The notes beneath the pieces were generated by a model. It was not told the DNA's origin, made no database searches, and saw only the letters and a program-made list of their open reading frames with translations. The translations under genes were made by a program, and so were the position numbers. A stretch of 64,000 nt of DNA from the NCBI GenBank assembly GCA_025999335.1, contig AP024681.1:322565-386564 (forward strand), given 5' to 3'. Source of the DNA: Candidatus Parcubacteria bacterium. Lineage in GTDB: Bacteria; Patescibacteriota; Minisyncoccia; UBA6257; HR35. This document shows positions 29,279 through 39,361 of this stretch, one piece after another; position 1 is the first letter of the stretch; every line of letters starts with the position of its first letter.

Positions 29279-29646
29279 TATTGATTATTTTTATTTCAAA
29301 ATTTTAGCAGATTTTTTATAAAATAAAAAACTAATAGTTTTTTAACTATTACTTAATTGATTAACATACCAAAAATGAAGTGTTGTGGCCGTAGGTTTGA
29401 TTTTACATTATTCACAATTATAAGGCTATCAAATTTATAATTTTGCTTAAAATATTATTAGAAGTACAATAATTTCAACGAAACCTCTCTGGATGGTTTT
29501 GCTTATTTCTATTCGAGCTTGCTTTCCTCTATTGGTTAATAGTTGACAGAGGACGTTGAACGGGTCGATAAATTAATTAACTTTTTATTAAAAGCCTAGT
29601 CTTTAGCGATCATTATACTAATTACCCTCTAAAGTTTTAATAAAAG

Positions 29647-32600
29647 ATGCTCAATAGAATAAAAACAAAATTTTTTTATTTGTTTTTAATTATTATTTTA
29701 GAATTTTTATTTTTTTCAAATGTGTATGCAGTATCTCCAACAATAAGCGATGTTAAATTTAAAGGAGCTGGCGACAATAATAAAATTGTCATATTTTTTG
29801 ATCAACCTGTTACTACGGCAACAAATAGTCCTCCTGGTTCTCCCGGTTCTTATTTAGTTCCAAGTGATTTTGTTTTAGGTGGTTCTGTTGGCGGCGGTGT
29901 AACAATAAACTCTGTTGAAACAATCACGATGCCCTTTTTTAATAAAACTATTGCTATTTTATCTCTTAGTGGTAATGTTAATCCTACAGCATTAGGACAG
30001 TGGACAGTTGCTGCTTCCTCGTCTCAAATATTTAATTCAAACGGCGAACCAGTTCCAACAACAGTTATTGATTTAAATGGAAAGGGAGATAATGTCCCAC
30101 CTAATGTTTTAAATGTTTTATTGGCTCATCAAAATGAACTTTTTGTACGTTTTTCCGAAGAAATTGATCAGACATCCGGGCAAGCTACTTCTAGTTATTC
30201 TAATTTGCAAACTTCAGCTACCGGCGATACTCCTGGAATTACCGAAAGATCGGTTTTTATGGAGAGAACCTTTGCGGTAATTAGAGTAACAACTTCTACA
30301 ATTTTGGGCTGGGGCAGCGGTAATACGATTGATGTTGGTGGCATTCAAGATTTAGTTGGTAATGCAATGATAACCTCAACAATTACTATTTTGCCACCAT
30401 TGAACATTAGCGAGGTGAAGGCAGAATCAACAACCAATAATCAGGATGAATTTATAGAAATTTATAATTTTAGCGATCTTAATATCAATATAGCCACTGA
30501 TACTTTTTTCTTGCATATTAGAAATGGTGCTACTGACACGGCAAAAACTTTAACCTTAAGAAGGAACCAAATCCCTAGCTTTGGTTATTATTTAATTTGC
30601 TCGGCTTCACATTATAGCGGGACGGTTGCTTGTGATGCTACTTATGATTCTTCTGCGATTGACATTACTCCAAACTCAGCTGTTTATATTTCTGCAACTT
30701 CAAGCACTTCGACAGCGTTAAGAATTGATTTATTAGGCATGGGCAGCGCCGAGATTTTTGAAGCCGCAACCACTGCTTCATTAATGGCTGGAAAGTCATT
30801 TGAAAGAAAAGCGCACCCCAATTCTTCAACTTCAACAATGGCAATGGGCGGTAGTGATGAATTTAAAGGCAATGGTTTTGATACAAATAATAATAGCCTC
30901 GATTTTCTTTTAAGAGACATACCTCAACCGCAAAATTCCCTTTCGCCTAGAGAATTTCCGTTTGGTCAAAGTAGTCAAAGCAATGATGTTACCCCACCAC
31001 AGGTTATGGGTTCTTTCCCAAGCGGTGCTTTAGGTGAAATTGTACCTAACAATCTTCCCGAGATTGGTTTTGGTTTTAACGAACCAGTTCAGGAGGCAAG
31101 TGTTAACACTTCAACAGTAAAATTATTTAAAGGATCAGATACAAGCACTAATTATTGTCAATCAGTTGATTATGTAAATTTTGTTGATCCCATAAATCCA
31201 AGATCACCAGGGCGATGCTTTATTAGCCCTTCAAGTTTGCCTCTTGATACGACGGCTACTTGGACATTTAAAATTTTAGGCGATGCTTCAAACGCAACTT
31301 CTAGTATTGCCGTTAGGGATTTTAATAATAACGCTTTAAATCAGCCAACCTCTAACAAAGGAGATGGGACTGGAAGTTATGTTGTTCAATTTAGACCTTC
31401 ATCGGGTGGCAGTGGATTTACCTTTACTGAGCCACCAATTATGGTTTGGGGCACTTTACCGTTTGAAGGTTCTTTTAATATTCCTACAAATATTAAAAAG
31501 GTATTTATAAAGTTTTCAAACAATGTGGCGACTTCAAGCGCTAATTTAAGTTCCACACATTTTAAAGTAAGAAAAATTTCTGATTTAAGTGAGGTTCCTT
31601 TATCTTCGATTACCGCAATATCAAGCGGGCCACAATTTACTTCAGATGTTGTTGTTCTTAATCTCGGCGCCACATTATCAGCTAATACTGAATATGAAAT
31701 TGTAATTGAGAATGTTTCAAGTCAAAATGGTCTATCAAGCGTTACTAGTTTTCCTCGAAGATTTACAACCGGTGGTTCGGCAGATACTTCCGGTCCTCGA
31801 GTTATTGGAAGATTGCCAAATATTTCTAGCAATGTTCCTGTAAGCGCAATTGATATTCATATAATGGCTGATGACAGGATTGATCCAATGTCAATTTCAA
31901 CAACTACAGTTAAAGTCTTTCAAGGAAGCAATGAGATTCCTGGTAGAGTTGACTTTGATCCATTTACTGGCGAAATTCTGTTTTTTACTAATAATGTTTT
32001 TCAAGCAAGCACTACTTATACAGTTAGACTTTACGCTTCAGGCACTACGCCTTGTATTAAAAATTTATCCGATATTTGTTTGCAAGATGACGACGGCATA
32101 GCCAATAATTTTTACGAATTTAGTTTTACTACCGGCGATCCCGATACGCAAGCACCGAATATTCTTTTTGCTCATGCCGACCAGAGAAATCTTTCCCTTA
32201 CTTTTAACGAACCCATTGATCCAAGACAAGCCGTTGATTTTAATAATTACACTCTTGTTGTTAACAATGCAACCTCTGTAATTTCAAGCTTAGCTGGACA
32301 AAGGATTTTTTATGACTACATCCATAGAACGGTGGTGATTGAAAATCTTAATTTACCAGTTAGAGCCAGCTTTACAATTACTGTTAGTAATATAACCGAT
32401 CTTTCTGGTAATTTGATTGGTTCACCTAATTCTGTAAGTGGAATTGTTGAAGATATTAATATGACCGGCGGTATGGTTGGACCAGGCGCAGCCCCGCCTC
32501 CGCCACCGGGGGATGTTCCTCAAAACTTTTCAACAACTACTTTCGCTCTTGCCCCTCAACCTGATGTTTTTCCAATGTCACCATTGGCAGGAGCGACAAC

Positions 32601-35600
32601 CAATTACTTTATAGGTATTCCAATTTCAAGACAAGTTAAAAATTCTTTTGGTGGTGGCAAAATTGTTTTGACATTTCCTAGCGGTTTTGATATTAGCAAT
32701 GCTTCTTTGCGTGTTTTTACCGGTATAACCCCTGATGCTAATGGCCCTGGTCCAGGAGTTTTAACGCCAAGTTTAACCAAAGATGCTAGCGCCAGAACAA
32801 TTACTCTAACTTTAGACACAAATACAAGATGTGATAACGGCAATAATGCGCCTTGTTCAGGTGACGCTCATGATTTCTTGCAATTTGATATTTCTGGCAT
32901 AGTTAATTCTTCTATTCCTAAAGACGCTGCGAGCGGTGGTTATACTCTTGATATTAAAACTTTTGAGGGAACAACTGTTTTAGAATCTTTGACTTCGCGA
33001 CCATTTTTCATTGTTGCTGGTGGCAATAGTTCTTTAGTAGTTAATGTTTTGGCAAGTGGCGCAATATCAGGAAATGCAAAAGTCAAGCTTTTTTCGCCAA
33101 TGACCGGTCCAAGAGATGCTATAAGCACGACATTTTCTAGTAGTTCGGCGACTGCAACCTTTACTAATTTATTAGAAGGTGACTATTTTGTTAACACTGA
33201 TCCTGTTGTAAGCTTGGGGAGTAATGATTATTTAGGTGTTTTTATGCCTAATCCGATTAGGGTTCAAGGCGCAACAACAACTTTTTCTTTAACATTGCAA
33301 CCAACCACAGGTTTTGCCACTGTGACTGTCCAGGTAACCGGTCCTAGTGGTAAATTTATTGATATTTTTGCTCATAGTATGGATGGCAAGTTTTTCAAGA
33401 AAGCAACGACAACAACCGGCTCGGTTCAAAATGTAATTTTAAAACTTGCAACCGGTACCTGGTGGATCGGTGTTGGTCCGCAAATACCAGATGATCCTTT
33501 TAGTGGTCCACCGCCGGCGCCAGATTTTATAGCGCAACCACCAGTTGAAGTTAAAATTATTTCACCTTCGAATATTCAGGAAAATTCAGGCACAATTAAT
33601 GATGGTACAGTAATTTTTGCTTTATCTGCTGCTGATAAAACAATTTCCGGTAGCGTAGTTGATCATCAAGGACGAGCGGTGGTTAATGCTGATGTTTTTG
33701 CTTTTCAACCTCAAGGCGGTTTTGATACTCATACGCAGAGCGATGGTTTAGGTAAGTTTACTTTAAAGGTTTCGGCTGGTTTATATCAAGTTGGTGCTTT
33801 TAAATTTGGCTTGCCGCCAGCACCAGAAATATCTGTTGAAGTCAAAAATGATGGTACTTTATTGGTTAATGGACAATCGGCTACATCGGTAACAATAAAA
33901 ATTATAAAACCTGAAAGAACCATTAGCGGTAAAGTTTTAGATCAAAATAATAATCCAGCGCAGAATGCATCAGTTTGGGCTTATTGCGATCCGAATGTTA
34001 CCAATAATGCTTGTTTAGGTCCCGGTGATCATTCTTGGTCGCCAACTGGTCAAGACGGTTCCTACTCGCTTTTTGTTAAAAATGGTACCTGGAAAGTTGG
34101 CGCCTTTTTGCCAGGGTTTGGCGAATTAGGTTTGCAAAGCGTTACAGTTTCTAGTTCTGATATGACTAATGTTAATTTTTCTCCGCCAACAAACGTGACT
34201 TTCTTAAATATTAGCGGAACTATTTGTCGTGATACTGATGTAAGCGGTAGTGCTACTATTTGTGGTTCTGGAGATGAAAAGGTTTCGGGCGTATTTGTGA
34301 GAGCTGAAGGTGCTGCTGGTCATAATAATAGTGTTAGCGATATAAACGGTGCTTATCAATTAAGAGTACTAGCAACAACTTCTGCTTACACTCTTGAAGC
34401 TTGGGACCCAGCTATGGGCCGAATAAGACCTTTAAGTGTGATTGCTTCCTCAACCGATAGGACTGGTCAGGATTTTGTGATTCCAACACCGCGAACAATT
34501 ACAATTAATGTTAAAGACAGTAATGGTAATTTTGTTACTGTTAAAGAACTATTTGTTGATTTTGAAGATTTTACAAATAAGGTATTTAATCATATAAAGA
34601 TTAATAATGCTAATTCTGGAACATTGCAGCTTCCTGATGGTTCTTATAAAGTTAGAGCTGGTTTGCCGGCACAATTTTTAGGACATTCAGTTATTTCTTC
34701 TGATGCTGTGGGCACTGTTTTTGCAACTTCAACCGGAATATTAACTGTTGATGGCAATGAAATAATTAAAGTAACCTTGCCAGTAATGGGAGTTATTGCC
34801 GGCACTGTTAAAGATGAAGCAAATAATCCAATTGATGTTTGGGTAAGTTTTGGTAATCAAGGAACAGGAATTTTTACCGGAGTATTAGCAAATGCAAGCG
34901 GTACTTATTCTATAGTTTTACCTTTTGCTACTTATACTGTTTCGGCGTTTAAGGAAGGTTACTTTTCAACACCGGTTATTCAAGGCGTTGCTACAACCTC
35001 AACAACGACACTTAACTTAACTGTAACCCGAGCTAATTTTACAATTTCGGGAAGAGTTACAATTAATAACACTCCTGCTCCAAGGGCATTTGTTTGGGCA
35101 GAAAGAGCGGGAGGTGGATTTAGTAGCGCAGAGACCGGTTCTGACGGTAATTACACTTTAGCAGTTTCTGCTGGAACTTGGCGAGTCTTTGCAGTTAGTC
35201 ATGGTTATGCTGAAGCTGAAGCTTCATCTCCGGTCGAAGTTACTACTGCTTCGATTTCTGGAGTAAATATTAATCTAACAACAGCTATTACTTTATCTAC
35301 GGTCAAGACTTGTTCAATTATACCAGCTCAAGGAGGCAACTGCTCTTATGATCCTAATAACGATGGCATTAAAGAAATAAGCTTAACTTTTCCGGCTGGT
35401 GCTTTAGGTTCGGATTCCAGTCCAGCTATTGTAAGCATTAGCGAAACTAATGTTCTTCGTGAAAGTGAATCCATTAAACCAGCTGGAAAAGAATTTGATT
35501 TAGAAGTAGTTGATGCAAATGGAATACCAATTGATACTTTTAACTCGCCTGTTATTGTAGAAATTATTCAAAGTAAAGCTGATTTAGCTTCTGCTGGTTT

Positions 35601-36879
35601 TGACACTAAAGCTGAAGCAGATGGATTGAAATTTATTCAGCCATCAGAAACAACTAATGAATTTGATGTTAGAGTTAGCACAGTTGATTACCTTGATGCT
35701 TCAGGCAATCTTGTTTCTTCTCCGGCTGCTGATTTAAGTAATGTTAGTTTCATTAAAATTACTGCTGAAACAACTCACTTTTCTGGTGGTGGCGTAGGAG
35801 GCAGTGGCGATACAATAAGACCTTCAGCGCCAACCGGTGTTTCTGCTTCTGTTTCTGAGACAACCGTAAATCTTAGTTGGAATGCAGTAACAACAAATTT
35901 TGATGGTACGCCTATTACTGATTTAGCTGGTTATCGTATTTATAGAAGCACTTCGCAAAGTAGTGGATTTTCCTTTATTGCGAGCGTTAGTTCAACGACT
36001 ACTAGTTATTCTAATAGTGGTTTAACAAGGGGGACTACTTATTATTATAGAGTGACAGCAATAGATACAAGTAATAATGAATCTGACCCATCTTCAACTT
36101 CCAATGCGGCAACAATTTCTCAATCGGTTAGCGGTAGTGGTGGCGGTAGTGGTGGAGGCGGTGGTGGCTCAACGCCAATTCCAACCGGGACATCTACTAC
36201 GAGCACAATTCCTGTTTCAACAACAACAACCACGACAACTGCTACTACCACAGCTCCAACAACTACTCCTACAATCACTACTACAACCATTTCAATAACA
36301 CCTGAAGTTAAAAAACAAACTGGCTTACCAAAAGTTAAACCTAAAGTAAAAGCAAAAACTAAAGCTTTAGCTATTAAATTTAAGAGAAATTTGACCATAG
36401 GTTCAACCGGCGATGATGTTAAGGATTTGCAAACATTTTTAGAGAATAAAGGATTTTTGAAGATGCCTAAAGGAATTGCTAAAGGTTATTTTGGTCCATT
36501 AACGGCATCAGCTTTAAAGGCTTATCAAAAAAGTGTAGGTCTTTCTGCTACTGGTTATTTTGGGACCACGACAAGAGAGAAAATTATAGAAGAGATGGGC
36601 ATAGAAATTCCTAAAGAAAAGCCAATTAAGCCAAAAGGAAAATTTAAACGACCGCTTTGGCGTGGTTCAAAGGGCGAGGATGTTAAGTTACTTCAAGAGA
36701 TTTTAGCTAAGAAAGGATTTTACAATGGTTCAATTACAGGTTATTTTGGTTCTTTGACAGAAAAAGCAGTTCAAGAATTTCAACTTCAATATAAAATTAC
36801 CACAAAAAACAATCCTGCTTTTGGGTTTGTTGGTCCTTCGACAAGAGCTAAACTTAATGAATTATTGGATGAAGAATAA
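29647..36879 (+). CDS. giant secreted/cell-surface multidomain protein with C-terminal peptidoglycan-binding domains
   Basis: 2410 aa with an N-terminal signal peptide (..FFSNVYA/VSP). By eye it contains a lamin-tail-like domain around 30400-30940 (NISEVKA...EFIEIYN). Three SbsA-Ig/Big_5-like repeats lie around 31000-32450 (D.T.P.V...P...V......I.F.EP). CarboxypepD_reg-like repeats lie around 33640-35280 (ISG.V.D..G.P...A.V.A). An FN3 domain lies around 35818-36100 (PSAPTGVSA..W..GYRIYRS..YYYRVTAID). A Gly-run and Thr-rich stalk lie around 36125-36300. Two PG_binding_1-like domains lie around 36400-36590 and 36664-36870. Confidence 0.85.
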   Translation: MLNRIKTKFFYLFLIIILEFLFFSNVYAVSPTISDVKFKGAGDNNKIVIFFDQPVTTATNSPPGSPGSYLVPSDFVLGGSVGGGVTINSVETITMPFFNKTIAILSLSGNVNPTALGQWTVAASSSQIFNSNGEPVPTTVIDLNGKGDNVPPNVLNVLLAHQNELFVRFSEEIDQTSGQATSSYSNLQTSATGDTPGITERSVFMERTFAVIRVTTSTILGWGSGNTIDVGGIQDLVGNAMITSTITILPPLNISEVKAESTTNNQDEFIEIYNFSDLNINIATDTFFLHIRNGATDTAKTLTLRRNQIPSFGYYLICSASHYSGTVACDATYDSSAIDITPNSAVYISATSSTSTALRIDLLGMGSAEIFEAATTASLMAGKSFERKAHPNSSTSTMAMGGSDEFKGNGFDTNNNSLDFLLRDIPQPQNSLSPREFPFGQSSQSNDVTPPQVMGSFPSGALGEIVPNNLPEIGFGFNEPVQEASVNTSTVKLFKGSDTSTNYCQSVDYVNFVDPINPRSPGRCFISPSSLPLDTTATWTFKILGDASNATSSIAVRDFNNNALNQPTSNKGDGTGSYVVQFRPSSGGSGFTFTEPPIMVWGTLPFEGSFNIPTNIKKVFIKFSNNVATSSANLSSTHFKVRKISDLSEVPLSSITAISSGPQFTSDVVVLNLGATLSANTEYEIVIENVSSQNGLSSVTSFPRRFTTGGSADTSGPRVIGRLPNISSNVPVSAIDIHIMADDRIDPMSISTTTVKVFQGSNEIPGRVDFDPFTGEILFFTNNVFQASTTYTVRLYASGTTPCIKNLSDICLQDDDGIANNFYEFSFTTGDPDTQAPNILFAHADQRNLSLTFNEPIDPRQAVDFNNYTLVVNNATSVISSLAGQRIFYDYIHRTVVIENLNLPVRASFTITVSNITDLSGNLIGSPNSVSGIVEDINMTGGMVGPGAAPPPPPGDVPQNFSTTTFALAPQPDVFPMSPLAGATTNYFIGIPISRQVKNSFGGGKIVLTFPSGFDISNASLRVFTGITPDANGPGPGVLTPSLTKDASARTITLTLDTNTRCDNGNNAPCSGDAHDFLQFDISGIVNSSIPKDAASGGYTLDIKTFEGTTVLESLTSRPFFIVAGGNSSLVVNVLASGAISGNAKVKLFSPMTGPRDAISTTFSSSSATATFTNLLEGDYFVNTDPVVSLGSNDYLGVFMPNPIRVQGATTTFSLTLQPTTGFATVTVQVTGPSGKFIDIFAHSMDGKFFKKATTTTGSVQNVILKLATGTWWIGVGPQIPDDPFSGPPPAPDFIAQPPVEVKIISPSNIQENSGTINDGTVIFALSAADKTISGSVVDHQGRAVVNADVFAFQPQGGFDTHTQSDGLGKFTLKVSAGLYQVGAFKFGLPPAPEISVEVKNDGTLLVNGQSATSVTIKIIKPERTISGKVLDQNNNPAQNASVWAYCDPNVTNNACLGPGDHSWSPTGQDGSYSLFVKNGTWKVGAFLPGFGELGLQSVTVSSSDMTNVNFSPPTNVTFLNISGTICRDTDVSGSATICGSGDEKVSGVFVRAEGAAGHNNSVSDINGAYQLRVLATTSAYTLEAWDPAMGRIRPLSVIASSTDRTGQDFVIPTPRTITINVKDSNGNFVTVKELFVDFEDFTNKVFNHIKINNANSGTLQLPDGSYKVRAGLPAQFLGHSVISSDAVGTVFATSTGILTVDGNEIIKVTLPVMGVIAGTVKDEANNPIDVWVSFGNQGTGIFTGVLANASGTYSIVLPFATYTVSAFKEGYFSTPVIQGVATTSTTTLNLTVTRANFTISGRVTINNTPAPRAFVWAERAGGGFSSAETGSDGNYTLAVSAGTWRVFAVSHGYAEAEASSPVEVTTASISGVNINLTTAITLSTVKTCSIIPAQGGNCSYDPNNDGIKEISLTFPAGALGSDSSPAIVSISETNVLRESESIKPAGKEFDLEVVDANGIPIDTFNSPVIVEIIQSKADLASAGFDTKAEADGLKFIQPSETTNEFDVRVSTVDYLDASGNLVSSPAADLSNVSFIKITAETTHFSGGGVGGSGDTIRPSAPTGVSASVSETTVNLSWNAVTTNFDGTPITDLAGYRIYRSTSQSSGFSFIASVSSTTTSYSNSGLTRGTTYYYRVTAIDTSNNESDPSSTSNAATISQSVSGSGGGSGGGGGGSTPIPTGTSTTSTIPVSTTTTTTTATTTAPTTTPTITTTTISITPEVKKQTGLPKVKPKVKAKTKALAIKFKRNLTIGSTGDDVKDLQTFLENKGFLKMPKGIAKGYFGPLTASALKAYQKSVGLSATGYFGTTTREKIIEEMGIEIPKEKPIKPKGKFKRPLWRGSKGEDVKLLQEILAKKGFYNGSITGYFGSLTEKAVQEFQLQYKITTKNNPAFGFVGPSTRAKLNELLDEE

Positions 36880-36929
36880 GATTAATTTCTTTTTGCTTTT
36901 TTGTTAGGTTCTTTTTGGCTAACTAATTT

Positions 36930-36955
36930 AAATACTTTTTAAAAGTATTTTTTCT
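36930..36955 (+). terminator. candidate terminator hairpin after the giant gene
   Basis: Palindrome AAATACTTTT T AAAAGTATTT (36930-36950) followed by TTTCT. It is all A/T, so stability is modest. Confidence 0.35.
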
Positions 36956-37170
36956 AATTTAAGAATATTTTGACATTTTAGTTGTTTGCGAAGATATTTT
37001 TTCATATTGGAAGAATTTTCTTTGCTGATGGTTTTAGTTCGCTATGACCAACTTCATATTCCTTTTTTTAAAATATTTTCCTTTTTGATTTAAACGAATT
37101 ATTATTTTAGCAAATTTAAGGCGATCTTACATAAAGATTTTTTGATAAAATAATAGTAATTTATTTTTTT

Positions 37171-37244
37171 CGGGACATAGCGCAATTGGTTAGCGCGCCA
37201 GCATGGGGTGCTGGAGGTTGCGGGTTCGAGTCCCGCTGTCCCGA
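37171..37244 (+). tRNA. tRNA-Pro (anticodon GGG)
   Basis: Acceptor CGGGACA/TGTCCCG. Anticodon stem CCAGC/GCTGG with loop ATGGGGT. T-loop GGTTCGAGTCC. Confidence 0.85.
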
Positions 37245-37250
37245 TATTTT

Positions 37251-37973
37251 TTATTTAAAATTACCACAAGCAAAACCTAAAGTGATAAGAGCATCGGTAT
37301 TTTGTAATTTTAGTAATTTTTTGATTTCATCATCATGCAAAGCTCCGGAGATAACACCACCAATATTTTCGTTTGCTAAGCGTAAGCCGAGGCTTTGCGC
37401 ATAAAGTCCGGTTTCAATAAGGATGAATCTACCACCGCGTTCACCGTATTTATTAACAGTTCTTTCAGGAATAGCGACAAAAATAAAAAATACCGCGGGT
37501 TCTCCTTCTAATTCTAAGCCAAAGAATTCTTTAATTTCATTCCATTCAGGGCAATTTGTTACTATTGAGAGAGAATGATTGTCGGCATTATAGTAGACGA
37601 TTTTTTTGTTTAATTTGCTTTTAACATTAAATAAACAAGCAAAAACTTCAATAGGATATTTGCCGCCAGCTGATGGTAATAATCTTTTTGTTGAATTTTG
37701 TTGAGCAAAAGCATAAAACAATGACCCTAATTGTTTTTCTGAGATAGGCACGCTAGAAAATTCTCTAGTACTTTTTCTTTGAGACATTATATAGGCTAGA
37801 CGATCTTTAGGCTTTTTTAAAAATAAATCTTCACTAGGGTAAAAAATTTGGGGTATGGTTTTAAAAGTTCGAGCATCTTCTATGAGATTTTTGATTAATT
37901 TTAAAGATGTTTGCTTGTTTAGTTTAGAATTTTCCCAGAACAACCTAAAAAGATCTGCTTTGTTTTCGTCCAT
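37251..37973 (-). CDS. SagB-type FMN-dependent dehydrogenase (TOMM azoline oxidase, McbC/SagB family)
   Basis: 240 aa with a nitroreductase-fold pattern. Carries RKSTREF, LLPSAGGKYP and NKYGERGGRFILIETG (Lys-Tyr motif). Sits 4 nt downstream of the YcaO gene. Confidence 0.8.
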   Translation of the reverse strand: MDENKADLFRLFWENSKLNKQTSLKLIKNLIEDARTFKTIPQIFYPSEDLFLKKPKDRLAYIMSQRKSTREFSSVPISEKQLGSLFYAFAQQNSTKRLLPSAGGKYPIEVFACLFNVKSKLNKKIVYYNADNHSLSIVTNCPEWNEIKEFFGLELEGEPAVFFIFVAIPERTVNKYGERGGRFILIETGLYAQSLGLRLANENIGGVISGALHDDEIKKLLKLQNTDALITLGFACGNFK

Positions 37974-37977
37974 TGTT

Positions 37978-39234
37978 TTATCCTAAAGGATGAGGCAATT
38001 TATTTGGAAATTCGACTTGATTAACTAAATCAGGATATCGCCATTTTACATCTGCTGTCCGTCCACCAAGAAAAGGAGCTCGTTCATCGCCGTGAAGCAA
38101 AGATAGCTCTGGAGATAAAACTCTTATTACATTTAAACCAGTTTCACGCACTTCGTCAATGGTTATATCACGATAAAATAGTCTGATGTTTTGTTCTTTT
38201 AATTGTTTAATTAAATTTGTTAAAATTTCAATTGTGTTAGTAGCTTTATTTTCTTGGGCTTGTTTTTGATATGAAAATCGTTTTTTTAACAAGGGAGTTT
38301 TGTGCCATAAGTGTGGATAAAGAGTATAGTAAACGGCATGTTTGTCAAAATCAACAATATCTTCAATTTTATTAAGTTTTAAATCTCTATTATAAAGGCT
38401 ATAAAATCCAGCAAAAATTACCCCTTGAATCCATTCAAGATATGCTTTTTCAATGGCTTCTTCATAAGTTGGTCGACAAGCAACGCCCATTGAAATTCGT
38501 TTTTTATTTCTTAGCGGCAAATGACCACAAACAATAACAACAGGATGAGGATTCCATTGTTGAGTTATATCAAAACAGAAAATTTCGCCACCCTTTTTTA
38601 AAACAGGATTTGTATATTTTTCATCAAGCTTGATTTCTCTGCCGCCTAAGGAATTAAGCCAATAAACAGTTAAGGCATCTCTTTCTAAGACTTCTTGAAT
38701 CCCCAACAATAAAGCATTGAACTTATTAAAATGAGCCGCTAACCCAGTTGACGTTGAGGGAAGAAAAGCTTTGTTAGATTTTGTGCCTAACCCAATTAAT
38801 TCTTGCGGGACCCAAAATTTTTCGTTATTATACACCGAATAAACTTCGCCAAAAAATGCTTCTTTAATATCAAATTTTTCCCAAGGAAAATTTTTGTTAT
38901 TATACTGTTTTTCTAAAAAAAGAGAAAATTGATCATGGGTAATTATTTTTTCATTTTTTATTTCTGATAATTTTTTAACTGGAAAATTTATTAAAAATGC
39001 CGAATATCTTTCCATAGCTTCAGCAATAGCACTAATAGTTGCTATTTGTTCATCTTGGTTGATCCCACCACTGGCTGATCTCCATGCTTCAATGGAATTT
39101 TCAGGTACAGAAACATTGGCTATATTTTCAATATCTGCAAAAGTGTTTTCAACTTTTTGAGGCGGAAGAACAATCCCGCAACGAAAACTTGTCGCTTTTT
39201 GTAAAACATATTGATTTAAAGTTTTTTTAAACAT
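37978..39234 (-). CDS. YcaO-domain cyclodehydratase (SagD/McbD-like)
   Basis: 418 aa. Carries the YcaO ATP/Mg motifs AIAEAMERYS and GIQEVLERDA, plus TSTGLAAH and a Pro-rich C-terminus ..FPNKLPHPLG like azoline-forming YcaOs. Confidence 0.85.
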   Translation of the reverse strand: MFKKTLNQYVLQKATSFRCGIVLPPQKVENTFADIENIANVSVPENSIEAWRSASGGINQDEQIATISAIAEAMERYSAFLINFPVKKLSEIKNEKIITHDQFSLFLEKQYNNKNFPWEKFDIKEAFFGEVYSVYNNEKFWVPQELIGLGTKSNKAFLPSTSTGLAAHFNKFNALLLGIQEVLERDALTVYWLNSLGGREIKLDEKYTNPVLKKGGEIFCFDITQQWNPHPVVIVCGHLPLRNKKRISMGVACRPTYEEAIEKAYLEWIQGVIFAGFYSLYNRDLKLNKIEDIVDFDKHAVYYTLYPHLWHKTPLLKKRFSYQKQAQENKATNTIEILTNLIKQLKEQNIRLFYRDITIDEVRETGLNVIRVLSPELSLLHGDERAPFLGGRTADVKWRYPDLVNQVEFPNKLPHPLG

Positions 39235-39270
39235 CGCTATTAATATTTATTCTTATAATGCTTCTTTAAA

Positions 39271-39324
39271 ATTAATCAATAATTTTTTGTTTTTTATAAT
39301 TGCGTAGCATTATTATTGATTAAT
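39271..39324. repeat. 13-bp perfect inverted repeat in the C-protein/YcaO spacer
   Basis: ATTAATCAATAAT (39271-39283) and ATTATTGATTAAT (39312-39324), separated by 28 nt. Confidence 0.6.
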
Positions 39325-39361
39325 AAATTAAGATAAACAAGAAAAAAATAATAAAAATTAA

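Noticed and set aside
36077-36398. Two alternative-frame or antisense ORFs (36077-36298 plus strand, 36120-36398 minus strand) with V/Q/L-rich low-complexity translations
   Set aside because: They lie inside the Gly-run and Thr-rich stalk of the 2410-aa gene. Low-complexity repeats keep the other frames open by chance.
37186-37404. 72-aa plus-strand ORF
   Set aside because: It starts inside tRNA-Pro and runs antisense to the 3' end of the SagB-type gene. It has no independent support.
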